DNA from: an uncultured Sterolibacterium sp.
GTDB taxonomy: Bacteria; Pseudomonadota; Gammaproteobacteria; Burkholderiales; Rhodocyclaceae
Assembly (NCBI GenBank): GCA_903832735.1
Contig: CAILCO010000065.1
Coordinates: forward strand, 1,350-33,349
DNA: 32,000 bases
Direction of reading: 5' to 3'
Shown piece by piece: positions 7,882-14,826 of the stretch (positions within the stretch are counted from its first letter, which is position 1; every line of letters begins with the position of its first letter). The notes under the pieces were generated by a model. The model was not told where the DNA came from, made no database searches, and worked only from the letters and a program-made list of their open reading frames with translations. The translations under genes were made by a program, and so were the position numbers.

Positions 7882-8180
7882 TGGTGCCGGGGACGGGAAT
7901 CGAACCCGTATGGCTTGCGCCGAGGGATTTTCGTCACACTACGGCTTTCGCCGCCAGCTCCCGCTGTTCGTGCGCTGGACTATGCCTTCACCATGGCGCC
8001 GCGCGCTTTAGGTGCTCCCCGTCTAGTCTCTACACCTTCCCCTTGCAGGGCTTGGCTCGGCATTGCCTCTGCGGTATCGCGAGGGGTTTCACCGAATTTG
8101 AGGAGATTCACGCAGGCGCTTTCGCCGCCTGGTGCTCAATTGTCTAAGTCCCTTGTGTCTACCAATTTCACCACCCCGGC
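7882..8180 (-). tRNA. tRNA-Leu(UAA) gene interrupted by a group I intron (exon 1 8180-8146, exon 2 7931-7882)
   Basis: Minus-strand exon 1 is GCCGGGGTGGTGAAATTGGTAGACACAAGGGACTT. Exon 2 is AAAATCCCTCGGCGCAAGCCATACGGGTTCGATTCCCGTCCCCGGCACCA. Joined, they give an 85-nt cloverleaf. Acceptor GCCGGGG/CCCCGGC; D-arm GTG-AAATTGGTAGA-CAC; anticodon stem AGGGA/TCCCT; loop CU-UAA-AA. Long variable arm GGC-GCAA-GCC; T-arm ACGGG-TTCGATT-CCCGT; discriminator A and an encoded CCA. Confidence 0.9.
7932..8145 (-). ncRNA. Group I intron (IC3-like, 214 nt, no ORF) between U34 and A35 of the tRNA-Leu anticodon
   Basis: The intron follows a U, which can pair as U-G with an internal guide GAG (intron nt 9-11). 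It ends in G at 7932 (omega-G). Conserved core elements: P CAAATTCGGTGAAACC, Q GGCAATGCCGAGCCAAGC, R GAAGGTGTAGAGACTAGACGG, S GGCATAGTCCAGCGC. Pairings UUCGG/CCGAG (P4) and GACUA/UAGUC (P7). Two GAAA-capped hairpins: CAGGCGGCGAAAGCGCCTG and CGGCGAAAGCCG. The core is nearly identical to what I recall of the Azoarcus tRNA-Ile and Anabaena tRNA-Leu introns. Confidence 0.88.
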
Positions 8181-8192
8181 AGGGGAATCGGT

Positions 8193-8198
8193 ATTCTA
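8193..8198 (-). promoter_or_regulatory. Putative -10 element (TAGAAT) of the tRNA-Leu promoter
   Basis: Minus strand: TAGAAT lies 12 nt upstream of tRNA position 1. No convincing -35 was found. Confidence 0.35.
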
Positions 8199-8428
8199 CA
8201 GGCGCGCGTAAATCGTGCGTAATATTCAGCGCAAAATTGCGTAACGCATCTCGCGCAGCCGGTTTCGCTCTCTGGCCCCGAAAAGGGCCGAAATCGGGGC
8301 CAGGATCGATTTCCGATTGTTGCTGAGGTCTCGGTATGGACGGACCCAGCAAAGCGTCACAGAGGCTCGGCAACAGCCCGCGAAAGCCGTTTTGGCTTTC
8401 AGGAAAGCAAACGAGAGGGAGGGCAACG

Positions 8429-8944
8429 ATGACCAAGAGCAAGTTCCGCGCGGCTGGCGTGGCGATCCTGGGCGGGGCGGCGCTCCTTGTCTGTAGCGCC
8501 GGGGAGGCGCAAGGCACCGGCCCGTTCACTCGGGTCGACAGCCAGCCGCTAGAAGAAACCTGGGTGAACGCCGGTTTCTACTCCTATCATTTCCAGCGCG
8601 ACAAGGGCCTCAACGACAGCAATCCCGGCCTCGGTGTCGAATACCGCAGCTCCACGGTCACGGCGGTCACCGCGGGACGGTTTTACAACAGCGACCGGCG
8701 CTATTCGAATTACGCCGGGATTTATTATCAGCCCTTCGCCATTGGCAGCGTGCGCCTGGGCGCCGTGCTCGGCGGCTTCAACGGCTACCCCCGGATGCGC
8801 GACGGCGGCTGGTTCCTGGCCGCGATACCGGTCGCCAGCCTGGAATATCAGCGCTTCGGCATCAACCTGGGCTTCGTGCCGAGCTATCAGGACCGGCTCT
8901 ATGGTGCGCTATCGGTCCAGCTGAGACTGAAGGTTTTTGATTGA
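8429..8944 (+). CDS. Small outer-membrane beta-barrel protein, PagP-like (possible lipid A palmitoyltransferase)
   Basis: GAGAGGGAGGG RBS; signal peptide MTKSKFRAAGVAILGGAALLVCSAGEAQG; about 170 aa. Alternating beta-strand pattern ending in an aromatic residue (LRLKVFD). YSYHFQRD and FYNSDRRYSNYAGIYY resemble the PagP WHARF...FKDSWNKWEPIAGYGW segments. The family call is tentative. Confidence 0.7.
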   Translation: MTKSKFRAAGVAILGGAALLVCSAGEAQGTGPFTRVDSQPLEETWVNAGFYSYHFQRDKGLNDSNPGLGVEYRSSTVTAVTAGRFYNSDRRYSNYAGIYYQPFAIGSVRLGAVLGGFNGYPRMRDGGWFLAAIPVASLEYQRFGINLGFVPSYQDRLYGALSVQLRLKVFD

Positions 8945-8948
8945 ATAG

Positions 8949-9431
8949 TCATCCCAGGACGATTTCGTCGCGGTGCCCGAATCCGGCCGAGTTATCGATG
9001 AAGTAGAGGCGTTGCGGGACCACCTTGTACCAGCGCACCTTGGCCATGGCCTTGACGATCGCCGCCGGCGCCTGTGCCAATTTGCCGACGACCGGGTACT
9101 TCTGCCCGTAGAGCAGACGCGCCTGTTTCTCTTCCGCACCGGCGATTTCGCTGGCTATGCCTTCTAGCTGCACGCCCTTGATCTGCGGCCAGTCGGCGTA
9201 GTCCTCCTGGATGGTCACGGCCACGCGAGCGTCCGCCGACAGGTTGCGGCAATGGCGGCTCGCGGGCGACGACAGGAAATACAGCGTATGGCCGTCATGG
9301 ACGTAGAACACCGCCGCCGCCCAGACGCCCTCGGCCCCGACGCTGGCCAGCGTGGCGACGTGATGATGGCTCAGGTAGGCGGCCACCCGCGATGGCAGAT
9401 CGGCCCCGGGCTGGCTGGTTATCGCAGTCAT
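8949..9431 (-). CDS. Pyridoxamine 5'-phosphate oxidase-like (split-barrel FMN-binding) family protein
   Basis: MTAITSQ...HHVATLASVGAEGVWAAAVFYVHDGHTLYFLSSPASRHCRNL...VAVTIQ: typical PNPOx-like fold signature. Lies 19 nt downstream of the preceding gene. Confidence 0.8.
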   Translation of the reverse strand: MTAITSQPGADLPSRVAAYLSHHHVATLASVGAEGVWAAAVFYVHDGHTLYFLSSPASRHCRNLSADARVAVTIQEDYADWPQIKGVQLEGIASEIAGAEEKQARLLYGQKYPVVGKLAQAPAAIVKAMAKVRWYKVVPQRLYFIDNSAGFGHRDEIVLG

Positions 9432-9450
9432 GGAAATCGCCGCCGCGTTC

Positions 9451-10557
9451 TTAGAGCAGGAAGCTAGCGCCGGCCAAGGCCGCGGCACCAACGGCCAAGC
9501 CTAGCAGCAGGGCGATGAGCACCTGTCGCCAAAGGCCGCCGGCCGGTTTCTCCTCCCGGGCACTGCGCTCATCGATTTCGGGCGCCATGAACTGCGGCAC
9601 CGGAAAGCCGGGGCTGGCCGGCCGATTTGCCGCAGGCTGCGGCGCAGAGGCGGAGCGGGAAGATGGCTGAACTGCCGGCTGAACTGCCGTCTCCGGCGCG
9701 AGCGGCGGCGTTGCGGCAGGCGGCGCGGGGAGCAGGCTGGCGACCATTTCGCCGGCTATCGCCGCACTAACGAAGCGGGCGTTACGGTGATAGGCGGTGA
9801 GCAGGCAGAAGTCGCAGAGTCGGTTGATGGTCAGGGGGTTGCCGTGCGCGGTGGCATGGATGATGGCCATGCTCTCGGAGGGAAACAGCGCATCGGATCC
9901 TCCGGCGACGCGCAGACGATGGCGGATATAGGCATCGCTATCCGCCTGGTCGAGATTTCGCAGTTGCAGCGTCAGACCGGCTCTTCGTTGCAGCGCCTGC
10001 AGGGCGGGCGCATCCAGCCGCTCCGCGAGCTTGCCCTTGGCGTCCTGGCCGAGCTGGCTGAACAGGACGATCTGGATCAGCTGCCGCTCGGCCGTCGCGA
10101 TTCCGGCGATCTGCGCCAAGCCTTCCAGGGTACTGCTGGGCAGTAGATGCGCCTCGTCGATCACCAAGACCACCCGCCGTCCGATATGGTCGAGCTCGAT
10201 CAGTCTGTCCCTCAGTGCGGCGATGATCTCCGCTTCGCGCAGGGGCGTATCCGTCGCTGCCGTTTCGGTGATCAGGATGGCGTGGCGGATCGCCTCCAGG
10301 ATTTCTTCATGCGAGCTCCACGGATTGCTGATCTCGACCACGATGTGGCTATCGATCAGGCTGGCCTTCAAGGCCTGGGCCAGCGTCGTCTTGCCGGTGC
10401 CGACGTCGCCGGTGATGAGTATCGTTCCCCGGCCCTCCAGTACTCCTTCGAGCAAGCCAGCCATGGCCTCGCGGTTGCCCTCGCCGGCGAAAAAGAACAG
10501 CGGGTCCGGGGTGTTGCGAAAGGGCGCGCGTTCAAGGCGGAAATGACTTAGGTACAT
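9451..10557 (-). CDS. ExeA/GspA-like AAA ATPase with a Pro/Ala-rich linker and a C-terminal transmembrane anchor
   Basis: MYLSHFRLERAPFRNTPDPLFFF (ExeA-type N-terminus), Walker A GDVGTGKTT, Walker B VVLVIDEAH. PAPPAATPPLAPETAVQPAVQP linker and a terminal helix VLIALLLGLAVGAAALAGASFLL. Confidence 0.85.
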   Translation of the reverse strand: MYLSHFRLERAPFRNTPDPLFFFAGEGNREAMAGLLEGVLEGRGTILITGDVGTGKTTLAQALKASLIDSHIVVEISNPWSSHEEILEAIRHAILITETAATDTPLREAEIIAALRDRLIELDHIGRRVVLVIDEAHLLPSSTLEGLAQIAGIATAERQLIQIVLFSQLGQDAKGKLAERLDAPALQALQRRAGLTLQLRNLDQADSDAYIRHRLRVAGGSDALFPSESMAIIHATAHGNPLTINRLCDFCLLTAYHRNARFVSAAIAGEMVASLLPAPPAATPPLAPETAVQPAVQPSSRSASAPQPAANRPASPGFPVPQFMAPEIDERSAREEKPAGGLWRQVLIALLLGLAVGAAALAGASFLL

Positions 10558-10714
10558 GTGACCTCAGCAATAAATGATGGCGGCGCAATCCGTTGCAAGA
10601 CCCGATTGTATATTTTGTCTGTCAGTTAAAATCGCCGCCATGTGAGATTAATTCGATTGTCCCTCTGCTGATAAGACCCCATAATTCGCCCTCCCTGCTC
10701 TGCTGGAGAGACTC

Positions 10715-11038
10715 ATGATCCATGAATTCAAGACCTACCGCGCGGCCCCCGGCAAGATAGCCGCCCTGATCAAGCGCTTCGAACAGACCACGATGCCGAT
10801 CTTCGCCCGCCTGGGAATCGAAGTGCTGCATTGCTGGACCAGCACCGCCGAGCCCGACGCGTTTTTCTACATGGTCCGCTTCGCCTCGGCAGAAGCCGGC
10901 AAGGATGCCTGGGCCGCGTTCGGAGCCGATGCCGAATGGAAGGCTGCCAAAGCCGCGAGCGAAACCGAGGGCCCGCTCTTGGCCTCCCAGACCACGGTTT
11001 ATCTGCAGCCCACTGCCTTTTCGCCGTTCTCTTCGTAA
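10715..11038 (+). CDS. NIPSNAP family protein (first gene of the operon)
   Basis: 107 aa: MIHEFKTYRAAPGKIAALIKRFEQTTMPIFARLGIEVLHCW...FFYMVRFAS, a dimeric alpha-beta barrel NIPSNAP pattern. GGAGAG RBS. Confidence 0.85.
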   Translation: MIHEFKTYRAAPGKIAALIKRFEQTTMPIFARLGIEVLHCWTSTAEPDAFFYMVRFASAEAGKDAWAAFGADAEWKAAKAASETEGPLLASQTTVYLQPTAFSPFSS

Positions 11039-11042
11039 TTCC

Positions 11043-11921
11043 ATGAAAGCGGCTCCCTTCGAGTATGTGCGCGCCGAGTCGCTGGATCATGCCTGCCAGA
11101 TGCTGGTGCAGCATGGCGACGAAGCCAAACTGATCGCCGGCGGCCAGAGCCTGGTGCCGATGCTGGCGATGCGCCTCCTGGCGCCCGCCTGGCTGGTCGA
11201 TATTCACGGCCTGTCCGAATTGCAGCAGATCGCCATCGCCGAGGATCAACTGGTGATCGGCGCGGCGGTGCGTCAGTGCGTGGCCGACGCCGATCCCCGG
11301 CTGAACAGCGCGGTCCCGCTGTTGTCGCGTGCGCTGCACTGGGTTGGCCATGCCGCCACGCGCAATCGCGGCACCGTCGGCGGCAGTCTGGCGCATGCCG
11401 ATCCATCGGCCGAACTGGCACTTTCCGCCGCCTTGCTCGAGGCGACCCTGACCCTTCGGAGCGAGCGGGGCTCGCGGCAGGTCGCGGCCGGCGATTTTCT
11501 GATCGGTCCGATGATGACCTGTCTGGAAGCGGACGAATGCCTGCTCGAGGTACGCTTTCCGATCTGGCAGGAGGCGAGGACAGGCAGCGCTTTCGAAGAA
11601 ATCAGCGCGCGTCATGGCGACTTCGCCATCGTCTCGGCCGCGGCCCAAGTCGGCGTCGATCAGACCGGGCGGTGCACGCGGGCGGCGCTGGCGATCGGCG
11701 GCGCCGGTCCCTCGGCACTGGCCTTCAACGATCTGGCCCGGCGCTTGGTCGGCACGCGACTCGAAGACGGCCTGCTGCGCGATCTGGCGCAACAAGTCGC
11801 GGCCAAGGTCGAGCCGACCAGCGACCTGCAGGCCAGCGCGGCCTACCGCCACCATCTTGCCGGCGTGCTCGCCGAACGAGCGCTCCTGGGCGCGAAACGA
11901 GACGCCGGGCTGTCCTCCTGA
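11043..11921 (+). CDS. Molybdenum hydroxylase FAD-binding medium subunit (CoxM/XdhB-like)
   Basis: MKAAPFEYVRAESLDHACQMLVQHGDEAKLIAGGQSLVPMLAMRL, ATRNRGTVGGSLAHADPSAE, AYRHHLAGVL. The start is 4 nt after the NIPSNAP stop. Confidence 0.9.
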   Translation: MKAAPFEYVRAESLDHACQMLVQHGDEAKLIAGGQSLVPMLAMRLLAPAWLVDIHGLSELQQIAIAEDQLVIGAAVRQCVADADPRLNSAVPLLSRALHWVGHAATRNRGTVGGSLAHADPSAELALSAALLEATLTLRSERGSRQVAAGDFLIGPMMTCLEADECLLEVRFPIWQEARTGSAFEEISARHGDFAIVSAAAQVGVDQTGRCTRAALAIGGAGPSALAFNDLARRLVGTRLEDGLLRDLAQQVAAKVEPTSDLQASAAYRHHLAGVLAERALLGAKRDAGLSS

Positions 11922-11931
11922 GAGATTACTC

Positions 11932-12417
11932 ATGACTGAAAAAACCATCCTGGTCAGCCTGGAAGTCAATGGCAAGCCGGTCTCCGCCCGCGTCCCGGCG
12001 CGCACCACGCTGGTCGACTTCCTGCGCGACGAATTGCGCCTGACCGGCACCCATGTAGGCTGCGAGCACGGCACCTGCGGCGCCTGCACGGTGATGCTGG
12101 ACGGCGAGCCGATCCGCTCCTGCCTGGTCTTCGCGGTGCAGTTGGAGGGGCAAAGGATCACCACCGTCGAAGGCCTGACCAAACCCGACGGCAGCCTCTC
12201 CATCCTCCAGGACAGCTTTGCCGAGGCGCATGCCCAGCAGTGCGGCTACTGCACGCCGGGCATGCTGATCAGCGCGCAGTCCCTGCTGAACAACAACCCC
12301 CAGCCCAGCGACGACGAGATTCGCGTGGCGATCTCCAGCAACCTGTGCCGGTGTACCGGCTATCAGCAGATCGTCAATGCCGTCGGCATGGCCGCCGAAC
12401 GCATGGCCAAGGAGTAG
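11932..12417 (+). CDS. Molybdenum hydroxylase (2Fe-2S)-binding small subunit (CoxS-like)
   Basis: GCEHGTCGACTV and QCGYCTPGM...CRCTGY: the two [2Fe-2S] cysteine clusters of the xanthine dehydrogenase family small subunit. Confidence 0.92.
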   Translation: MTEKTILVSLEVNGKPVSARVPARTTLVDFLRDELRLTGTHVGCEHGTCGACTVMLDGEPIRSCLVFAVQLEGQRITTVEGLTKPDGSLSILQDSFAEAHAQQCGYCTPGMLISAQSLLNNNPQPSDDEIRVAISSNLCRCTGYQQIVNAVGMAAERMAKE

Positions 12418-12421
12418 CGAG

Positions 12422-14815
12422 ATGGAGCAGGCCTTCAAGTACATCGGCGCCAAGCGGCGCACCAAGGAGGCGCCGCGGTTCCTCACCGGATCGGGGCGTT
12501 TCGTCGCGGACATCCATCTGCCCGGGATGAAGCATGTGGCGATCGTCGCTTCACCCCATCCCAGCGCCAGGATCATCTCGATCAACACCGAGGCAGCCAG
12601 GGCCATGCCGGGCGTGCGCTATATTCTCGACGGCGAGGAGTTCTGCGCCCATACCGATACCCTCTATGTCGGCGTCGATGCGCCGAAACTCAAGCGTTAC
12701 GCGCTGGCCCGCGATGTAGTGCGCTATTCCGGCGAGTGGGTGGTGGCGGTGGTCGCCGACAGCCGCGCCCAGGCCGAGGATGCCGCCGAACTGGTCGAGG
12801 TCGAATACCAGGCCACGCCGCATGTCATCGATCCCGAACTGTCGTTGCGCGATGATGCGCCGCTGATCCATCCCGAGCACGGCAGCAACCAGCTGTACCA
12901 CCGCAAGTTCGTCTGGGGCCCGGTCGAGGCGGCTTTTCGCGAAGCCGAGGAGCGGGTGTCGTTCCGCGTCACCTGGGGCCGCAGTTCGACGGTGCCGATC
13001 GAGACCTTCGGCGTGCTCGCCCAGTGGCACGAAGCCGATCAGTTGCTCGACGTCTGGGCCTCGATCCAGATGCCCAAGTATCCCGACCAGCTGGCGCGCG
13101 CGCTGCGCCTGCCGGGCAATGCCGTGCGCGTCCATTACGACGTCGATGTCGGCGGCAGCTTCGGCCTGAAGCGCGGCATCAAGCATACCGTGCTGGTCTC
13201 CTATCTGGCGCGCAAGGTCGGCGCGCCAGTGCGTTTCATCGAGGACCGCCTGGAGAACATGCGCGGCGGCGACATGCACGGGCCGGACCGCTTCTTCGAT
13301 GTCGAGGTCGCCTTCAACCGCGACGGCATCATCAAGGGCTTGCGCATCCGCGCCGTCGATGACGTCGGCGCCTATGCCGGCCGCTCGCCGCTGCAACTGG
13401 GCAAGCCGGTCAGCGCGATCTGCGGTCCGTACCAGATCCATGCGATCGAATACGAACCGACTTCGGTGATGACCAACAAGACACCGCAGGAGGCGGTGCG
13501 CGGCTTCGGCCAGGCACCGACCAACCTGGCGCTGGAACGCACCATGGATCACGTGGCGCGGCACCTGGGCATGGACCCGATTGAGCTGCGACGCAAGAAT
13601 TTCATCCGCAAGGATCAGTTCCCCTACCTGATCCCCAGCGGCTCGACCTACGACTCCGGCGACTACCATACGGTACTCGACAAAGCCCTGGCTGCGATCG
13701 ATTATCCCGAACTGCTGCGCCAACGCGACAGCCTGCGCGCCGCGGGCGCGCTGGCCGGCATCGGCATCTCGACCTGTCTCGAACCGAGCGGCGGCAACTC
13801 GGCTTTCGAACCGCTGTTCAATGCCAAGAACGACACCACGACCTGGATGGACTCCTGCCTGGTGCGGGTCGATCTCTCCGGCGCGATCACCGGCGTGATG
13901 GGCACTTCCAGCGCCGGCCAGGGCCATGAAACGCTGGTGGCCACGGTGTTGGGCGAAGTGCTCGAGCGCGAGCCGGACAAGATCCGCGTGGTCCATGCCG
14001 ATTCCCTGAATGCCCTGCCGTCGAACAGCCCGGTCGGCAGCCGCATGGCGATCATGCTGGGCGGCGCCGCGGCCGGTGCCGCCCGCAAGCTCAAGGCGAC
14101 GCTGATCCGGCTGGCCGCGCACAACCTCGGTTGTGCCATCGACGACATCGAATACGCCGATGGCAATACCTCTGTCCGCGGCAATCCAGAGAGGGGGCTT
14201 AGCTGGGACAAACTGGTCGAGATCGCCCACCGCAAATTCCATCTGCTGCCGCCCGAAATGGAGCCCGGTCTGCAAGCCAGCTTCGTCTGGGAAGTGCCGA
14301 CCGGCGGCGGCTTGCCGACCGAGGATGGGCGCATCCAGATCTACCCTTGCTATTCCTTCGAGGCACATGTGCTACTGATCAAGATCGATGCCGACACCGG
14401 CCGGCCGAAGATCCTGAAATATCTCTGCGGCCACGATTGCGGCGTGATGATCAACCCGGACGTGGTCCACGGCATGACCTACGGCGGCATCGCCCACGGC
14501 ATCGGCGCCGCGCTCTACGAGAAGTTCGCCTACACCGAGGAAGGAGAACTGGCCAGCGGCACCCTGATGGATTATCTGATTCCGAGTTCGATGGAAGTGC
14601 CGGAATTGCATATCGTCGATCACTGCACGCCGTCGCCCCTGACCACCTTCGGCCAGAAGGGCTCGGGCGAGTCCGGCTATCTCGGTTCCGCCGCCGCCAT
14701 CTGCAACGCGGTCAATGACGCGCTCGCGCCGCGGGGAAAATCGATCGAGACCTTGCCGATGAGCAACCTGGCCATCTGGAACACGCTCCACGCCACCCTA
14801 TCCGCTACCCGCTAG
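12422..14815 (+). CDS. Molybdopterin-binding large subunit of a xanthine dehydrogenase/CoxL-family hydroxylase (not a true CO dehydrogenase)
   Basis: 797 aa: KRRTKEAPRFLTGSGRFVADI, VGGSFGLK, QEAVRGFGQAPT, GQGHETL, GSGESGY. The CODH form-I loop VAYRCSFR is absent; AVRGFGQ appears to occupy the equivalent position. Confidence 0.92.
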   Translation: MEQAFKYIGAKRRTKEAPRFLTGSGRFVADIHLPGMKHVAIVASPHPSARIISINTEAARAMPGVRYILDGEEFCAHTDTLYVGVDAPKLKRYALARDVVRYSGEWVVAVVADSRAQAEDAAELVEVEYQATPHVIDPELSLRDDAPLIHPEHGSNQLYHRKFVWGPVEAAFREAEERVSFRVTWGRSSTVPIETFGVLAQWHEADQLLDVWASIQMPKYPDQLARALRLPGNAVRVHYDVDVGGSFGLKRGIKHTVLVSYLARKVGAPVRFIEDRLENMRGGDMHGPDRFFDVEVAFNRDGIIKGLRIRAVDDVGAYAGRSPLQLGKPVSAICGPYQIHAIEYEPTSVMTNKTPQEAVRGFGQAPTNLALERTMDHVARHLGMDPIELRRKNFIRKDQFPYLIPSGSTYDSGDYHTVLDKALAAIDYPELLRQRDSLRAAGALAGIGISTCLEPSGGNSAFEPLFNAKNDTTTWMDSCLVRVDLSGAITGVMGTSSAGQGHETLVATVLGEVLEREPDKIRVVHADSLNALPSNSPVGSRMAIMLGGAAAGAARKLKATLIRLAAHNLGCAIDDIEYADGNTSVRGNPERGLSWDKLVEIAHRKFHLLPPEMEPGLQASFVWEVPTGGGLPTEDGRIQIYPCYSFEAHVLLIKIDADTGRPKILKYLCGHDCGVMINPDVVHGMTYGGIAHGIGAALYEKFAYTEEGELASGTLMDYLIPSSMEVPELHIVDHCTPSPLTTFGQKGSGESGYLGSAAAICNAVNDALAPRGKSIETLPMSNLAIWNTLHATLSATR

Positions 14816-14826
14816 AGAGAGAGAAG

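Noticed and set aside
7932-8145. Looked for a homing endonuclease ORF (LAGLIDADG/GIY-YIG) inside the intron.
   Set aside because: The intron is only 214 nt and consists almost entirely of the conserved ribozyme core and two short GAAA hairpins. There is no room for an ORF, so there is no evidence of current mobility.
7882-8180. First impression of a tmRNA (ssrA) gene, because of a tRNA-like 3' end (GGTTCGATTCCCG...CACCA) attached to a roughly 300-nt body.
   Set aside because: The 5' end is a full tRNA-Leu acceptor/D-arm/anticodon stem rather than a lone acceptor half. There is no tag-peptide reading frame ending in ...ALAA-stop. The internal 214 nt carry group I intron P/Q/R/S elements.
8274-8301. 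Hairpin GGCCCCGA-aaagggccgaaa-TCGGGGCC between the tRNA promoter region and the PagP-like gene.
   Set aside because: It is a real 8-bp inverted repeat, but it has no T-run. It is not downstream of any transcription unit on either strand, and no second copy exists in the window that would suggest a REP element. The support is insufficient to assign a function.
7600-8430. Genomic island or prophage integrated at the tRNA-Leu gene.
   Set aside because: No integrase, no transposase and no direct repeat of the tRNA 3' end was found. Only an 8-nt GGGAATCG coincidence occurs at 8183-8190. Flanking genes are ordinary GC-rich chromosomal genes. Only the short AT-rich patch is anomalous.
7789-8529. 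Track ORFs 7789-8211 (+, 140 aa), 7866-8147 (+), 8089-8529 (-), 8132-8326 (+) and 8226-8426 (-).
   Set aside because: They run through the tRNA/intron and its flanks. Peptide strings such as GRESNPYG or GTGIEPV are the usual artefacts of translating a T-arm. They have no RBS and no recognisable protein features.
12422-14815. Possibility that the CoxMSL + CoxG genes encode a genuine aerobic CO dehydrogenase.
   Set aside because: The large subunit lacks the form-I active-site loop VAYRCSFR; AVRGFGQ is found instead. No coxDEF accessory genes are present. The genes are embedded among decarboxylases, a hydrolase and transporters, which points to an organic-substrate hydroxylase.
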